DNA of 32,000 bases from Clostridia bacterium (GTDB taxonomy: Bacteria; Bacillota; Clostridia; TANB77; RGIG9151): NCBI GenBank assembly GCA_017450465.1, contig JAFSUW010000022.1, positions 30,410 to 62,409 of the forward strand. Direction: 5' to 3'. The notes under the pieces are model-generated. The model did not search any database and was not told the DNA's origin. It saw nothing but the letters and a program-made list of their open reading frames with translations. A program made the position numbers and the translations under genes. Position 1 is the first letter of the stretch; every line of letters begins with the position of its first letter. Shown here one piece after another: positions 6,730-16,027 of this stretch.

Positions 6730-6790
6730 TTTTCATCAAACGTTCACATAACCCAGTTTTTGTAAATTTGAAAGGCATAAAACTATCTAA

Positions 6791-7771
6791 TTAAAGCATT
6801 TCGTGGAGAAGTTCGTCACCTGACTTTGTACTTAAATATGCAGGTGGAACATCAAATACTGTTAAGCAACCTGTTCTACCTTCGTTTCTCATTTTATATA
6901 TTGCTCTTGCAAATGCTACAAGTATGCTTGATGTAAATTCTGGATTTGAATCAAGTTTTAACTTATATTCTACTGTATGAATATTTTCATCGTTTACACC
7001 TGTTTTTCCATTTCTTATTACAATTCCACCATGAGGAATTTTATTATGATTTTTCTTTAATTCTTCTTCAGTTATAAAGTTTACTGTTGTTTCATATTCA
7101 TCAAAGTAGTTTGGCATAGTCTTTATTTCGCGTTCTATTCTTGCTTTATCTGCCCCTTCTTCAACTACTACATAACAATCACGCGTATGTTTTTCTCCCA
7201 CAGAATAATTTGGGCATTCTCCTTTTCTTACAGTTTCTAATGCCTTTTCAATAGGAATTGTATACTGTCTTGCATCTTTTACTCCTTCTATTCTTCTTAT
7301 AGCATCGGAATGTCCTTGACTTACACCTGGTCCCCAGAATGTATATGTTGTACCATTTGGCAAAATAGAATCAGCATATATTCTACTTACTGAGAACATT
7401 CCTGGGTCCCAACCTACTGATATTATTCCTATATGATTACTTTCTTTTGCTGCTTTATCTACGTTTGCAAAATGCTCTGGAATTCTTTTATGTGTATCAA
7501 AACTATCTACTACATTAAAATACTTTGCATATTCTGGTGTTTGTACTGGCAAATCATTTGCACTTCCACCACATAATATTAAAACATCTATTTGATCTTT
7601 GTAATCTAGTATATTATTTACACTACAAACTTTCGTGTTATACACTGTTTTTAAGTCTTCTGGATTTCTACGCGTAAATATTGCAACTAGTTCCATATCT
7701 TTATTTTTATTTACTGCAATTTCTACTCCACGCCCTAAATTACCATACCCCAAAATTCCTATTCTTATCAT
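6791..7771 (-). CDS. ddh: meso-diaminopimelate D-dehydrogenase
   Basis: N-terminal Rossmann motif IRIGILGYGNLGRG. Length and motifs (VLILCGGSA.D, DSFDTH, ISVGWDPG) fit Ddh. The track ORF starts at 7780, but the second ATG (7771) has better spacing from the AAAGGA RBS. Confidence 0.8.
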   Translation of the reverse strand: MIRIGILGYGNLGRGVEIAVNKNKDMELVAIFTRRNPEDLKTVYNTKVCSVNNILDYKDQIDVLILCGGSANDLPVQTPEYAKYFNVVDSFDTHKRIPEHFANVDKAAKESNHIGIISVGWDPGMFSVSRIYADSILPNGTTYTFWGPGVSQGHSDAIRRIEGVKDARQYTIPIEKALETVRKGECPNYSVGEKHTRDCYVVVEEGADKARIEREIKTMPNYFDEYETTVNFITEEELKKNHNKIPHGGIVIRNGKTGVNDENIHTVEYKLKLDSNPEFTSSILVAFARAIYKMRNEGRTGCLTVFDVPPAYLSTKSGDELLHEML

Positions 7772-7787
7772 TATAATCATCCTTTCT

Positions 7788-8555
7788 TTATGGGAAAATT
7801 ACATAGTTCCCATATAATTTTACTGCTATTAAATATAATATAAATAAATGTACTGGATAAAAAGCATAGAAGAAATATTTCATACTTCTGCCTCTTTCTC
7901 CATTGTATAACGCAAGCAATGAAAATGGTACTATTACAAATATCGAAGTATTAACAAGTGAAACAAATCCCGCCATAAGTTTCATTGGTTTTAAATCCCT
8001 AAATATGTACATTAAAGATATTGCGAGTACTCCATAAAATGAATAATCTGTTTTTAAGAAATCTGCTATAAGACTTGCTATTGTTATAGTTGCAAAAGTA
8101 AGTACTACTCTTATTTTGTGTTTTTCGTTAAATTTTTCTTCTAGTAGTTTTATTATGCACAAACTTAATAATCCTATCAATAATGTAAACATTACATTTT
8201 GATATTTAAAATAAAATAACTTCTTAAAACTTGCAAGGTCAAATGGTATTTCTGATAATAATGCAAAAATACCTAATCGTAAAATGTACTTTTTAATGCT
8301 TTTAGTATGTATAAAACCTTCTACTATAAAGAAACAAAATATAGGGAAAGCTATTCTTCCTATCGTACGCATAATTTCATATATACAATATATAATTAGT
8401 ACATCTTGTGGCCAATCTAATATACTTAAGTTTGGATTATTATTAATAAATTTTATGCATGTATCTGGGACTAAAACTAGTGCAGCATGATCTATTACCA
8501 TAGTAATTATAGCTATTAATTTTAAATAAAATGCGTTTAATCTAAGTTTTTCCAT
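7788..8555 (-). CDS. TraX family membrane protein
   Basis: 255 aa, polytopic. N-terminal LKLIAIITMVIDHAA signature typical of TraX-family proteins. Confidence 0.7.
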   Translation of the reverse strand: MEKLRLNAFYLKLIAIITMVIDHAALVLVPDTCIKFINNNPNLSILDWPQDVLIIYCIYEIMRTIGRIAFPIFCFFIVEGFIHTKSIKKYILRLGIFALLSEIPFDLASFKKLFYFKYQNVMFTLLIGLLSLCIIKLLEEKFNEKHKIRVVLTFATITIASLIADFLKTDYSFYGVLAISLMYIFRDLKPMKLMAGFVSLVNTSIFVIVPFSLLALYNGERGRSMKYFFYAFYPVHLFILYLIAVKLYGNYVIFP

Positions 8556-8633
8556 AATAGCACCTCAGTAAAAGTATATAATTTTATTATTTCTTTGTCT
8601 ATGAATTTTTAACTATTTATTATACTAAAGCAT

Positions 8634-8664
8634 ATAAAAATAGGGCAACCTTTCGGTGCCCTAT
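8634..8664 (-). terminator. Intrinsic terminator after the RND efflux operon
   Basis: Sense: AUAGGGCA-ccgaaaggu-UGCCCUAU followed by UUUUAU. It begins 4 nt after the RND permease stop codon. Confidence 0.7.
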
Positions 8665-8667
8665 TAA

Positions 8668-11600
8668 TTAATCGTCCACTTCTACTTTCTTAAATCTAGA
8701 TGTAATACTATCTAATAGTGAATAATAAACCGGAGTAAATAATAGTGTTATTATTGTTGATATTATCATACCAGCTATCATTACTATTGCCATTGGTACC
8801 ATCATTTCATTACCTTCTCCTAAGCCTAAAGCCATAGGAAGTAAACCAAGTATTGTTGTAAGTGTTGTCATTAAAACTGGCCTTATTCTTCTTGGGCAGG
8901 CATTTAATATTGCCTCATTTTTCTCTTCTCCACGTCCTCGCCTTATATTAATATAGTCTACCAGTATAATTGAGGAGTTTACAACTATACCTGAAAGCAT
9001 AATTACCCCAATAAATGCTGGCATAGATATTGGATTACCTGTAAGTGGTAAACCAATTAATGAACCAATTAAGCCAACAGGCAATATTAACATTATTATT
9101 ACTGGCATTATAAATGATTCAAACTGTGCAGCAAGTATAAAGTATACGAGTCCGAGTGCTACAAGTAATGCATAAGCAAGTGTTGTAAATGATTCTTGTA
9201 TTTCTTCCATTTCACCACCATTGCTTATTATTACACCCTCTGGGGCATCATAATTATCAATAATACTTTGTACATCATTATATATAGTTGCAGCATCATC
9301 TGTTAAACTATTACCAGATATTGTTACTGTTCTACTTTGGTTACTTCTTGCAATAGATAATGGTGCAAGTTCAACTTTTACATCTGCAACAAGCGAAAGC
9401 GGAATATTGCCACCCGTTGGAGTTGTAATAAGCATATTTTTTAGTTCATCTAAACTGTTTTTTGAACGTTCATCACCTTTTACATTTATATCTATTTCAT
9501 CACCATCGATTTTTAAATTTGTTTGTGACATACCAGATAGTTTATAGTAAATGTCGTTTCCAATTCCTCCTGCTGTTAAACCAAAATAAGATGCATTTTC
9601 GCGATTAACATATATATTAACTTGTGCTGTCTTTCTTGACGCAGATGATTCTACATCTACAGCATCAGGAAGTGCTGAAATACGTTTAACTAATTCATCA
9701 GAAGCTTCCAAAATTTTATCATAATTATCTCCTGTAATTTCTACAGCTATATCTCCACCGCTTAAAGAGGACATATCCATCATACCAGCCGATGAAACAC
9801 TTATTTCTGCTCCAGCTATATCTTGCAAATTATCTCTTAGTTTATTTGCTAACTCCTCTGTCGATAGTTTTCTTTTACTCATTTCTACTAAATTTATTGT
9901 AATACTTACAGAATCTGAAGAACTTGCCATAGAACTCATCATTGTTGTACCACCCGATGAATAAGAAACACTTTCAAGTTCATTTGGCATTGTATCATAT
10001 ATTATCTTCGAAATTTTGTCACCAATTTCTTCACAGTCTGATAGTTCAGAACCTATTGGAAGCTCTGCTGTAACCGTAATCATACTTTGGTCCATAGATG
10101 GAATAAGCTCTACTCCTGCTAAACCAATAAGTAACAAAAATGCTACAAACATTATTACTGAAGCTAAAACCCCTACTTTTCTATGAGTAATAAAATAATT
10201 CAAAAATCCTTTATATTTATTAATGTATCTATTATCTAGTTTTTTATTTTCTTTTTCATCATTATTAAGTTTTTTCTTGCCCCTGCCCATAAGTATATAA
10301 CACATAAGTGGAACTAAAGTAAGTGCTATAAATAACGAAGAAAACATAAGTGTTGCAATTGTTATTGTAAATTCTTTGAACAACATTCCACTTGTTCCAC
10401 CAGATAATCCTATTGGAAGGAATACTGCTACTGTAGTAAGTGTAGATGCAGTAATTGAAAGTGCAACTTCTTTTGAGCCCTCTACGCAAGCTTCTTTTCT
10501 TGATTTTCCTTCAGTTCTAAACCTAAATATATTTTCCAATACAACAATGGAGTTATCTACTATCATACCTACACCCATCGCAAGTCCACCAAGACTCATA
10601 AGGTTTAAAGTAATATTTAATCCCCTCATTATTAAAAATACAGTAACAATACATACTGGCATCGATATTGCTATAACTGTTGTTGTTCCCACATCTCTTA
10701 AAAAGAAGAATAGTACTATTGTTGCAAATATTACTCCTAAAGCAATATTTTGCGTTACATTTCTAACAGAACGATTTATAAAATCGCTTTGATCCATTGT
10801 AACAACATATTTTATATTTGGATTATCTTTGGCAAGAGTTGCCATAGTACTTTTAATTTTATTTGAAACTTTAACTGTATTTACATCTGACTGCTTTGTA
10901 ACAGAAAGCATTACGCTCTTTTCACCATTTAGTTTTGAAATTGCATTTTGCTCCTTTGGTTTTAATGAAACATTAGCGATTTCTGAAAGTCTTACAGAGC
11001 CACCCGTTTGAAGCGGTATTAATACATTTTTGATATCTTCAACAGACTTAAACTCGCCATCTAGTTTTATATTTAATGATTGATTTCCGTTATTTACAGT
11101 ACCAGCAGGCATCGATATGTTTTCTGCAGACAAAATTTGTGTTATGTATGATATTGTAAGCCCATAACCAGTTAATTTGTCTGCATACGTTTCTATACTA
11201 ACTTCGTTATCATAGCCACCAATCGTCGAAACTGACGCAACACCTGCAATTCTTTCAAGTGCTGGTGTAATTACATCTTCAGATAATGTTTGTAATTTAC
11301 TTAAATCATCACCTTGTAATGAAAATACTGTAACAGGCATTGAATCTGGATTTAATTTCATTACCATAGGAGTACTTGCTTTATCTGGCAACATTGCCTC
11401 AACCATATTAACTTTCTCACGAAGATCTGTTGCTGCCTCATCTAAATTAACATCCGTAGAAAATTGAACTATAACAAGTGATAGATTTTCAGAAGATGTC
11501 GATACAAGCTCATCCATTCCAGCAACACTCGCACAAGCATTTTCTATTCTTTTGGTTATCAAATTTTCTACTTCTTCTGGTCCTGCTTGATATGTAGTAT

Positions 11601-11742
11601 AAACAACTATTATAGGTATTTCTATGTTTGGAAGTAATGCAAGTGGTAAAGTTGTAAAACTCATTATTCCAAATATTACTACCATTATAAACGCCATTAT
11701 TGTCGTTACTCTTCTTCTTATACAAAATTCTGCTATGCCCAT
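8668..11742 (-). CDS. RND efflux transporter permease (AcrB/HAE family)
   Basis: 1024 aa with the typical 12-TM, two-large-loop organisation. N-terminus MGIAEFCIRRRVTTIM.. (ACR_tran-like) and repeated halves. Confidence 0.9.
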   Translation of the reverse strand: MGIAEFCIRRRVTTIMAFIMVVIFGIMSFTTLPLALLPNIEIPIIVVYTTYQAGPEEVENLITKRIENACASVAGMDELVSTSSENLSLVIVQFSTDVNLDEAATDLREKVNMVEAMLPDKASTPMVMKLNPDSMPVTVFSLQGDDLSKLQTLSEDVITPALERIAGVASVSTIGGYDNEVSIETYADKLTGYGLTISYITQILSAENISMPAGTVNNGNQSLNIKLDGEFKSVEDIKNVLIPLQTGGSVRLSEIANVSLKPKEQNAISKLNGEKSVMLSVTKQSDVNTVKVSNKIKSTMATLAKDNPNIKYVVTMDQSDFINRSVRNVTQNIALGVIFATIVLFFFLRDVGTTTVIAISMPVCIVTVFLIMRGLNITLNLMSLGGLAMGVGMIVDNSIVVLENIFRFRTEGKSRKEACVEGSKEVALSITASTLTTVAVFLPIGLSGGTSGMLFKEFTITIATLMFSSLFIALTLVPLMCYILMGRGKKKLNNDEKENKKLDNRYINKYKGFLNYFITHRKVGVLASVIMFVAFLLLIGLAGVELIPSMDQSMITVTAELPIGSELSDCEEIGDKISKIIYDTMPNELESVSYSSGGTTMMSSMASSSDSVSITINLVEMSKRKLSTEELANKLRDNLQDIAGAEISVSSAGMMDMSSLSGGDIAVEITGDNYDKILEASDELVKRISALPDAVDVESSASRKTAQVNIYVNRENASYFGLTAGGIGNDIYYKLSGMSQTNLKIDGDEIDINVKGDERSKNSLDELKNMLITTPTGGNIPLSLVADVKVELAPLSIARSNQSRTVTISGNSLTDDAATIYNDVQSIIDNYDAPEGVIISNGGEMEEIQESFTTLAYALLVALGLVYFILAAQFESFIMPVIIMLILPVGLIGSLIGLPLTGNPISMPAFIGVIMLSGIVVNSSIILVDYINIRRGRGEEKNEAILNACPRRIRPVLMTTLTTILGLLPMALGLGEGNEMMVPMAIVMIAGMIISTIITLLFTPVYYSLLDSITSRFKKVEVDD

Positions 11743-11796
11743 AGTTTTAATCCTTTCAATATTTTAAAACGGGCGATTAATAATCGCCCCTATAGT

Positions 11797-12999
11797 TTAT
11801 ACACCTACAACACGTAAATTACCGCCATCAGTCAAATAACTTTGACCTTTTATAACTAAATTATCTCCTTCTTTTAGACCTTCTATTACCTCTGTTACAC
11901 CATCACCTATTATACCTGTTCGTACAACAACCTTTGTTGCTTTTGTATTATTATCTGTTGCTATATAAACATATTGTATTTCGCCATCATTTAGTATTGC
12001 TTGGGTAGGAATTACAATAGTATTTACATGAGTATTAGTTTTTAGCGTTACTTCTGCAAACATACCAATTACTGTATTTATGTTATCAGGCAAGTTCAAG
12101 TATACATCATATAAGTGTGTCATAGCATTTGCGCTTGGTGAGAATGAATCTACTTTGCAATTCATTGTATCTCCACCTAAAGCATTTATTGATACTTCTG
12201 CTATATCTCCAACAGATATATATGGAATTATCTTTTCTGAAACGGATATTTTTACTTGATGTTTTTTGCTACCAGATACAACAACTCCAGCCATTTGTGG
12301 AGACGCCATATTACCTTTTGTTACATTTACTGCTGTAACAACTCCATTTATTGTTGATTTTGCATAAGTTTTATTTAATGTATCTTCTAAATCTTTTATA
12401 TTATTTGTTAATTGTGTTAATGTACTATCAGCTGAATTCTTGGCTGATGTTACACCAATTTCAGCTTGCCTTATAGCTGCATTTGCTGAAATTTCGGTTT
12501 GATTTAATGCAAATTCTGTATTTTCTACATCAATTTTAGTAGCAGCGCCAACATCATATAATGCTTTTGTATTATCTGCAGTTTGCTTTGCAAGACGAAC
12601 TTGCTCATTATATATCACTTTGGTATCTTCTAAAGATTGTTCAGCAAGTGATACTTGCTTTTCTAAAAGCTCTTTTGTCCTGTTATAGTCATCAAGTAAT
12701 GCTTGATAACTTCTTGACATGCTTTTATTATCGACAGAAAATAATATTTGATTTTTGCTAACTTTGTCGCCAACTTTTACCTTTACTTCTGTAACTTCCC
12801 CGGCTATTGGAGCATAAACAGATACCTCATCTTGAGTTACCACACTACCATTTATTCTATTTATCGTGGATATATCATCACTTTTTACCATTTGTATTTC
12901 AACTGGTATTGCAGCCACTTCAGTTGTTGAAACTTCAGTTTCTCCACAAGCAGTAAGAGATATAATTATAGCAAAAAGTATAAGTAATTTCTTTTTCAT
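11797..12999 (-). CDS. Efflux RND periplasmic adaptor (membrane fusion protein), lipoprotein
   Basis: 400 aa. Lipobox LTAC at the signal peptide end. Lipoyl-like hairpin halves (APIAGEV..V.VKVGDKV and STINGVVTAVNV) flank a coiled-coil. C-terminal beta-barrel segments. Confidence 0.85.
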   Translation of the reverse strand: MKKKLLILFAIIISLTACGETEVSTTEVAAIPVEIQMVKSDDISTINRINGSVVTQDEVSVYAPIAGEVTEVKVKVGDKVSKNQILFSVDNKSMSRSYQALLDDYNRTKELLEKQVSLAEQSLEDTKVIYNEQVRLAKQTADNTKALYDVGAATKIDVENTEFALNQTEISANAAIRQAEIGVTSAKNSADSTLTQLTNNIKDLEDTLNKTYAKSTINGVVTAVNVTKGNMASPQMAGVVVSGSKKHQVKISVSEKIIPYISVGDIAEVSINALGGDTMNCKVDSFSPSANAMTHLYDVYLNLPDNINTVIGMFAEVTLKTNTHVNTIVIPTQAILNDGEIQYVYIATDNNTKATKVVVRTGIIGDGVTEVIEGLKEGDNLVIKGQSYLTDGGNLRVVGV

Positions 13000-13019
13000 T
13001 AAATTATCATCCTTTCAAA

Positions 13020-14168
13020 TTAAACATTACTAACTACATCACCAACAAGCATTGCAATTTCCCAACGTTCATTTAACAAAATATTTTCATGCAATGCTTT
13101 TTTATATGTGTTTTCCGCATTTAATACTGCAATTTTAAAACTTTCATAATCATTTTTGGTTAACATATTTAAGTCATACATTGTAGCCATTTGAACTTGC
13201 TTTTGATTTAATGTGTCTAATTCTTCTTTTGCAACTAAAACACTACTTTCATTAGTTTTTATTTGCCTATATAGAATTAACAAATTCTCTTTTACTGAAT
13301 TCGTAGTATTGTTAAGTCGTAATTCGGCATCACTAAAAGCAGTCTTTGCATCTTTTACCGCTTTTGTGCTTTCAAGTTGCAAAGTTTTAGCAAGTACATT
13401 ATTTATCTCTTTTTGTTTATACTCTAACTTAGCGCTTAATATTGTGCTATTAGTCGCTAATGAATTTTCAATTTCTTTATTTACATCTTCTATTATTAAA
13501 TATTCAAATTCACTTTCAGGAATAGTTATTTTTAATTCTTTTGACACATCAAAACCAAGTAAGCCCTTTATGCTTACTTTTAATGTATCGTATGTAGATT
13601 TTACCGTTTCTAATTGGAGTTTGGTTGACTTTAGTGTTGTACGTGCACTTTCAACGTCAAGCAAAGTTCCCATATTTATTTTTAATTTTACTTCCGCTAC
13701 TTTTATATCATTTTCTTGCTTTTCAATAGTCTTTTCAAGCAAATTTATAGTATCTTCTAATTCGTCTATTGTGTAGGCAAGTTTCATAACACTGTATTTT
13801 ACTGTGCTTTTTGCCGTGTTTTCACCCGCCACGAAATTATCGTAAACTATTTTTGCCAAATCCTTGGAATATCCATAATACTCTAAATACTGAGTAGGAT
13901 AATCAAATGAAAAGCCCTTTTGTTCATGCCAAACATTATACGCCTTTATGGCCTTTCTATATGTAACTTCTTGATCCCTTTCCATTCTTTTTAAGTCGAC
14001 AATATTAGGATTATGCGCCATCGCATAATCTATTGCTTCATCCAACGTCATTATTGTTTCTTTATCTTCAGTAATTTCGGTGTCTTCTGTCTTTGCAAAA
14101 CTTGCTGAAAACATTGTTGTAACAATCACAACCGCAGTCAAAATACTTAATATCTTTCTTAACATCAT
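13020..14168 (-). CDS. TolC-like outer membrane efflux protein family (OEP) component
   Basis: 382 aa. Cleavable-looking signal peptide (..MFSASFA/KTED). Two repeated long coiled-coil halves typical of the OEP/TolC family. First gene of the MFP-RND operon. Confidence 0.7.
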   Translation of the reverse strand: MMLRKILSILTAVVIVTTMFSASFAKTEDTEITEDKETIMTLDEAIDYAMAHNPNIVDLKRMERDQEVTYRKAIKAYNVWHEQKGFSFDYPTQYLEYYGYSKDLAKIVYDNFVAGENTAKSTVKYSVMKLAYTIDELEDTINLLEKTIEKQENDIKVAEVKLKINMGTLLDVESARTTLKSTKLQLETVKSTYDTLKVSIKGLLGFDVSKELKITIPESEFEYLIIEDVNKEIENSLATNSTILSAKLEYKQKEINNVLAKTLQLESTKAVKDAKTAFSDAELRLNNTTNSVKENLLILYRQIKTNESSVLVAKEELDTLNQKQVQMATMYDLNMLTKNDYESFKIAVLNAENTYKKALHENILLNERWEIAMLVGDVVSNV

Positions 14169-14269
14169 GTTTTCTTCCTTTCTATATAAACTTTTACCCT
14201 AATTATATAATACTATTTTATATGACATTGTCAATAAAAATAATACATTTGCTATATATTTACAAATTA

Positions 14270-14596
14270 TTATTTTAATCTATCATACATTTCATACATT
14301 TTTTGCACTGAATTTTCCAAAAAATAGTAATGAAATATGTATGGAATCAGTAACGCTACTACTAATACTACCAATAATAGTGTTGCTACGGATGGTGCTG
14401 TTATAAAAATTATTACCGCAAGCATCCCCAAAATTGCAAAAGCCAGCGTTACTAGTAAGTGTATTAAACGCTCATGCTGAAAAAAACTAATTTTTATTAA
14501 AAAATCATTTATATCTTCTTCCTCTATTTTATTATTACTAATCTTCTCTTCAAAACTTTCCATATATTTTTTTATCATTTGTTTCATAAAAATCAC
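14270..14596 (-). CDS. Hypothetical small membrane protein
   Basis: 108 aa. Acidic N-terminal region followed by two hydrophobic helices. No family recognised. Confidence 0.45.
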   Translation of the reverse strand: MIFMKQMIKKYMESFEEKISNNKIEEEDINDFLIKISFFQHERLIHLLVTLAFAILGMLAVIIFITAPSVATLLLVVLVVALLIPYIFHYYFLENSVQKMYEMYDRLK

Positions 14597-14658
14597 CTCG
14601 ATTTATTATACTATTTTTTAAAACAAAAAAATAGTCGATTTTCTCGACCATTTTTCTT

Positions 14659-15096
14659 TTATATTTTTTCTAGCATTTCTAATTGTGTTTTTATTAATGT
14701 CTCCATTTGATTTTTGTATATTACCATTTCTTTTCTTAGGTTTTCATACTCTGCCTTTATATTTATGGTTTCTTGATTTGCAAATTCACGCGATTTTTGT
14801 GCCATATATTCTGCTTCTTGTACTATATTATCTGCCTTTTCTTGTGCATTTTTCTTTATTTCTTCAGCAGATGATTGTGCAGTTATCATAGCAGTTTTTA
14901 GCACATCTTCCATAGACTTGTACTGAGAAACACTTTCATTTAGCATTGTAATCTTATCTTTTAATTCGATATTTTCCTTATACAGTTTTTCATAATCGAC
15001 TTTTACTTTTTCGAAAAAGTCTTCAACTGTTTTTTTAGAAAACCCAAATAAAGCCCTTTTGAAATCCGTCTTTTCGAGTTCCAGTGGCGTAATCAT
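14659..15096 (-). CDS. divIVA: DivIVA domain protein
   Basis: N-terminal MITPLELEKTDFKRALFGFSKKTVEDFFEKV matches the DivIVA lipid-binding domain, followed by a coiled-coil. Sits downstream of sepF-yggT as in the ylm cluster. Confidence 0.8.
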   Translation of the reverse strand: MITPLELEKTDFKRALFGFSKKTVEDFFEKVKVDYEKLYKENIELKDKITMLNESVSQYKSMEDVLKTAMITAQSSAEEIKKNAQEKADNIVQEAEYMAQKSREFANQETINIKAEYENLRKEMVIYKNQMETLIKTQLEMLEKI

Positions 15097-15125
15097 AAAA
15101 ACACCTCCCGCGTAGCTATGCTACA

Positions 15126-15398
15126 CTAAATAACAGCAATGATATCTTGAAGCACAATTAATAGGATAAACGTAATCAAAAATGAAAAGTCTATCATAGA
15201 ATTACCCATACTTGTTTTGTCAATAAGTTTCCTTACAGGACGCACTATAGTTTCTGTTATTTCATACAAAAACATATAAATTTTAGTACCCCTTGTGCTT
15301 GGTATCCAAGATAATATTGCTCTTAAGAACATAAATGTTTGCATGATACCTAAAACCTGGTATAATGCAAACAATATGCTATTAACTATTTTATCCAA
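15126..15398 (-). CDS. YggT family membrane protein
   Basis: 90 aa, two TM helices. The LRAILSWIP motif is characteristic of YggT/YlmG. Overlaps the sepF stop. Confidence 0.75.
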   Translation of the reverse strand: MDKIVNSILFALYQVLGIMQTFMFLRAILSWIPSTRGTKIYMFLYEITETIVRPVRKLIDKTSMGNSMIDFSFLITFILLIVLQDIIAVI

Positions 15399-15841
15399 GC
15401 AAATGACCCCTTATTTTTGTCTTCAGTTTCATCACTCATTATATCTACATTGTATGGTGCAATTAAGAATATTGTTGCTGAAACTTTTTGGATTGTTCCA
15501 TCGACAGCGCAAACAGAGCCACTTAAGAAATCGATAATTCTAGTAGCTGTTGCTTTGTCTGTGTATTCAAGATTGATAACTACTGGCTTATGAGCCTTTA
15601 GATGATCACAAATATCTCTTGCATCTTCATATGAAGTTGGTTGCATTACAACTAACTTTAATTGATTTGCGTTTGATAAGTTTACTAATTTACCAGAATT
15701 CTTCTTTGTGTTACTCATTGTCTCTCTACCTTCGTTTGATTTGTTTGTTAATGTTTCTGTCTCAACACCATCCATGGTGCTTTCGTCTTCGTCTGGTTCG
15801 AAGCCGGCCAACGTCAACATCTTGTTGATAAAAGCTGACAT
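15386..15841 (-). CDS. sepF: Cell division protein SepF
   Basis: N-terminal amphipathic membrane-targeting helix, an acidic linker, and a C-terminal domain (VVMQPTSYEDARDICDHLKAHKPVVINLE...RIIDFLSGSVCAVDGTIQKV) typical of SepF. Confidence 0.9.
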   Translation of the reverse strand: MSAFINKMLTLAGFEPDEDESTMDGVETETLTNKSNEGRETMSNTKKNSGKLVNLSNANQLKLVVMQPTSYEDARDICDHLKAHKPVVINLEYTDKATATRIIDFLSGSVCAVDGTIQKVSATIFLIAPYNVDIMSDETEDKNKGSFAWIK

Positions 15842-16027
15842 AACTAAAACCTCCTTGTTTTATTTTTTTCTTTAGAATTGAACAGAATTGTTCACGTTTT
15901 ATATCGTCAATGATTTAGGAAAACTTTATAGTGTTTTTTAAAGTTTTTAAATTATTTTTAAAAGTTGTTTACTATAGCCGATGTAAGCATCGGCCAATAT
16001 ATTATTTTTATTAGATATATACATTCA

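Noticed and set aside
10265-13776. Numerous 60-190 aa ORFs nested inside or antisense to the RND, MFP and TolC-like genes (for example 10376-10792, 13213-13776)
   Set aside because: They lie entirely within long, well-supported coding regions. They have low-complexity S/F/I-rich translations and no RBS.
14207-14234. Possible promoter (TTGACA-16-TATTAT) with a TGACA-t-TGTCA palindrome upstream of the efflux operon, suggestive of a TetR-type operator
   Set aside because: No regulator gene is adjacent, the palindrome arms are only 5 bp, and such matches are frequent in AT-rich DNA. The support is too weak to report as a feature.
15878-15897. Palindrome TGAACAgaatTGTTCA upstream of sepF, resembling a Firmicutes LexA (Cheo) box
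   Set aside because: The GAAC and GTTC half-sites are separated by 6 nt rather than the 4 nt of the CGAAC-N4-GTTCG consensus, so it is unlikely to be a LexA site.
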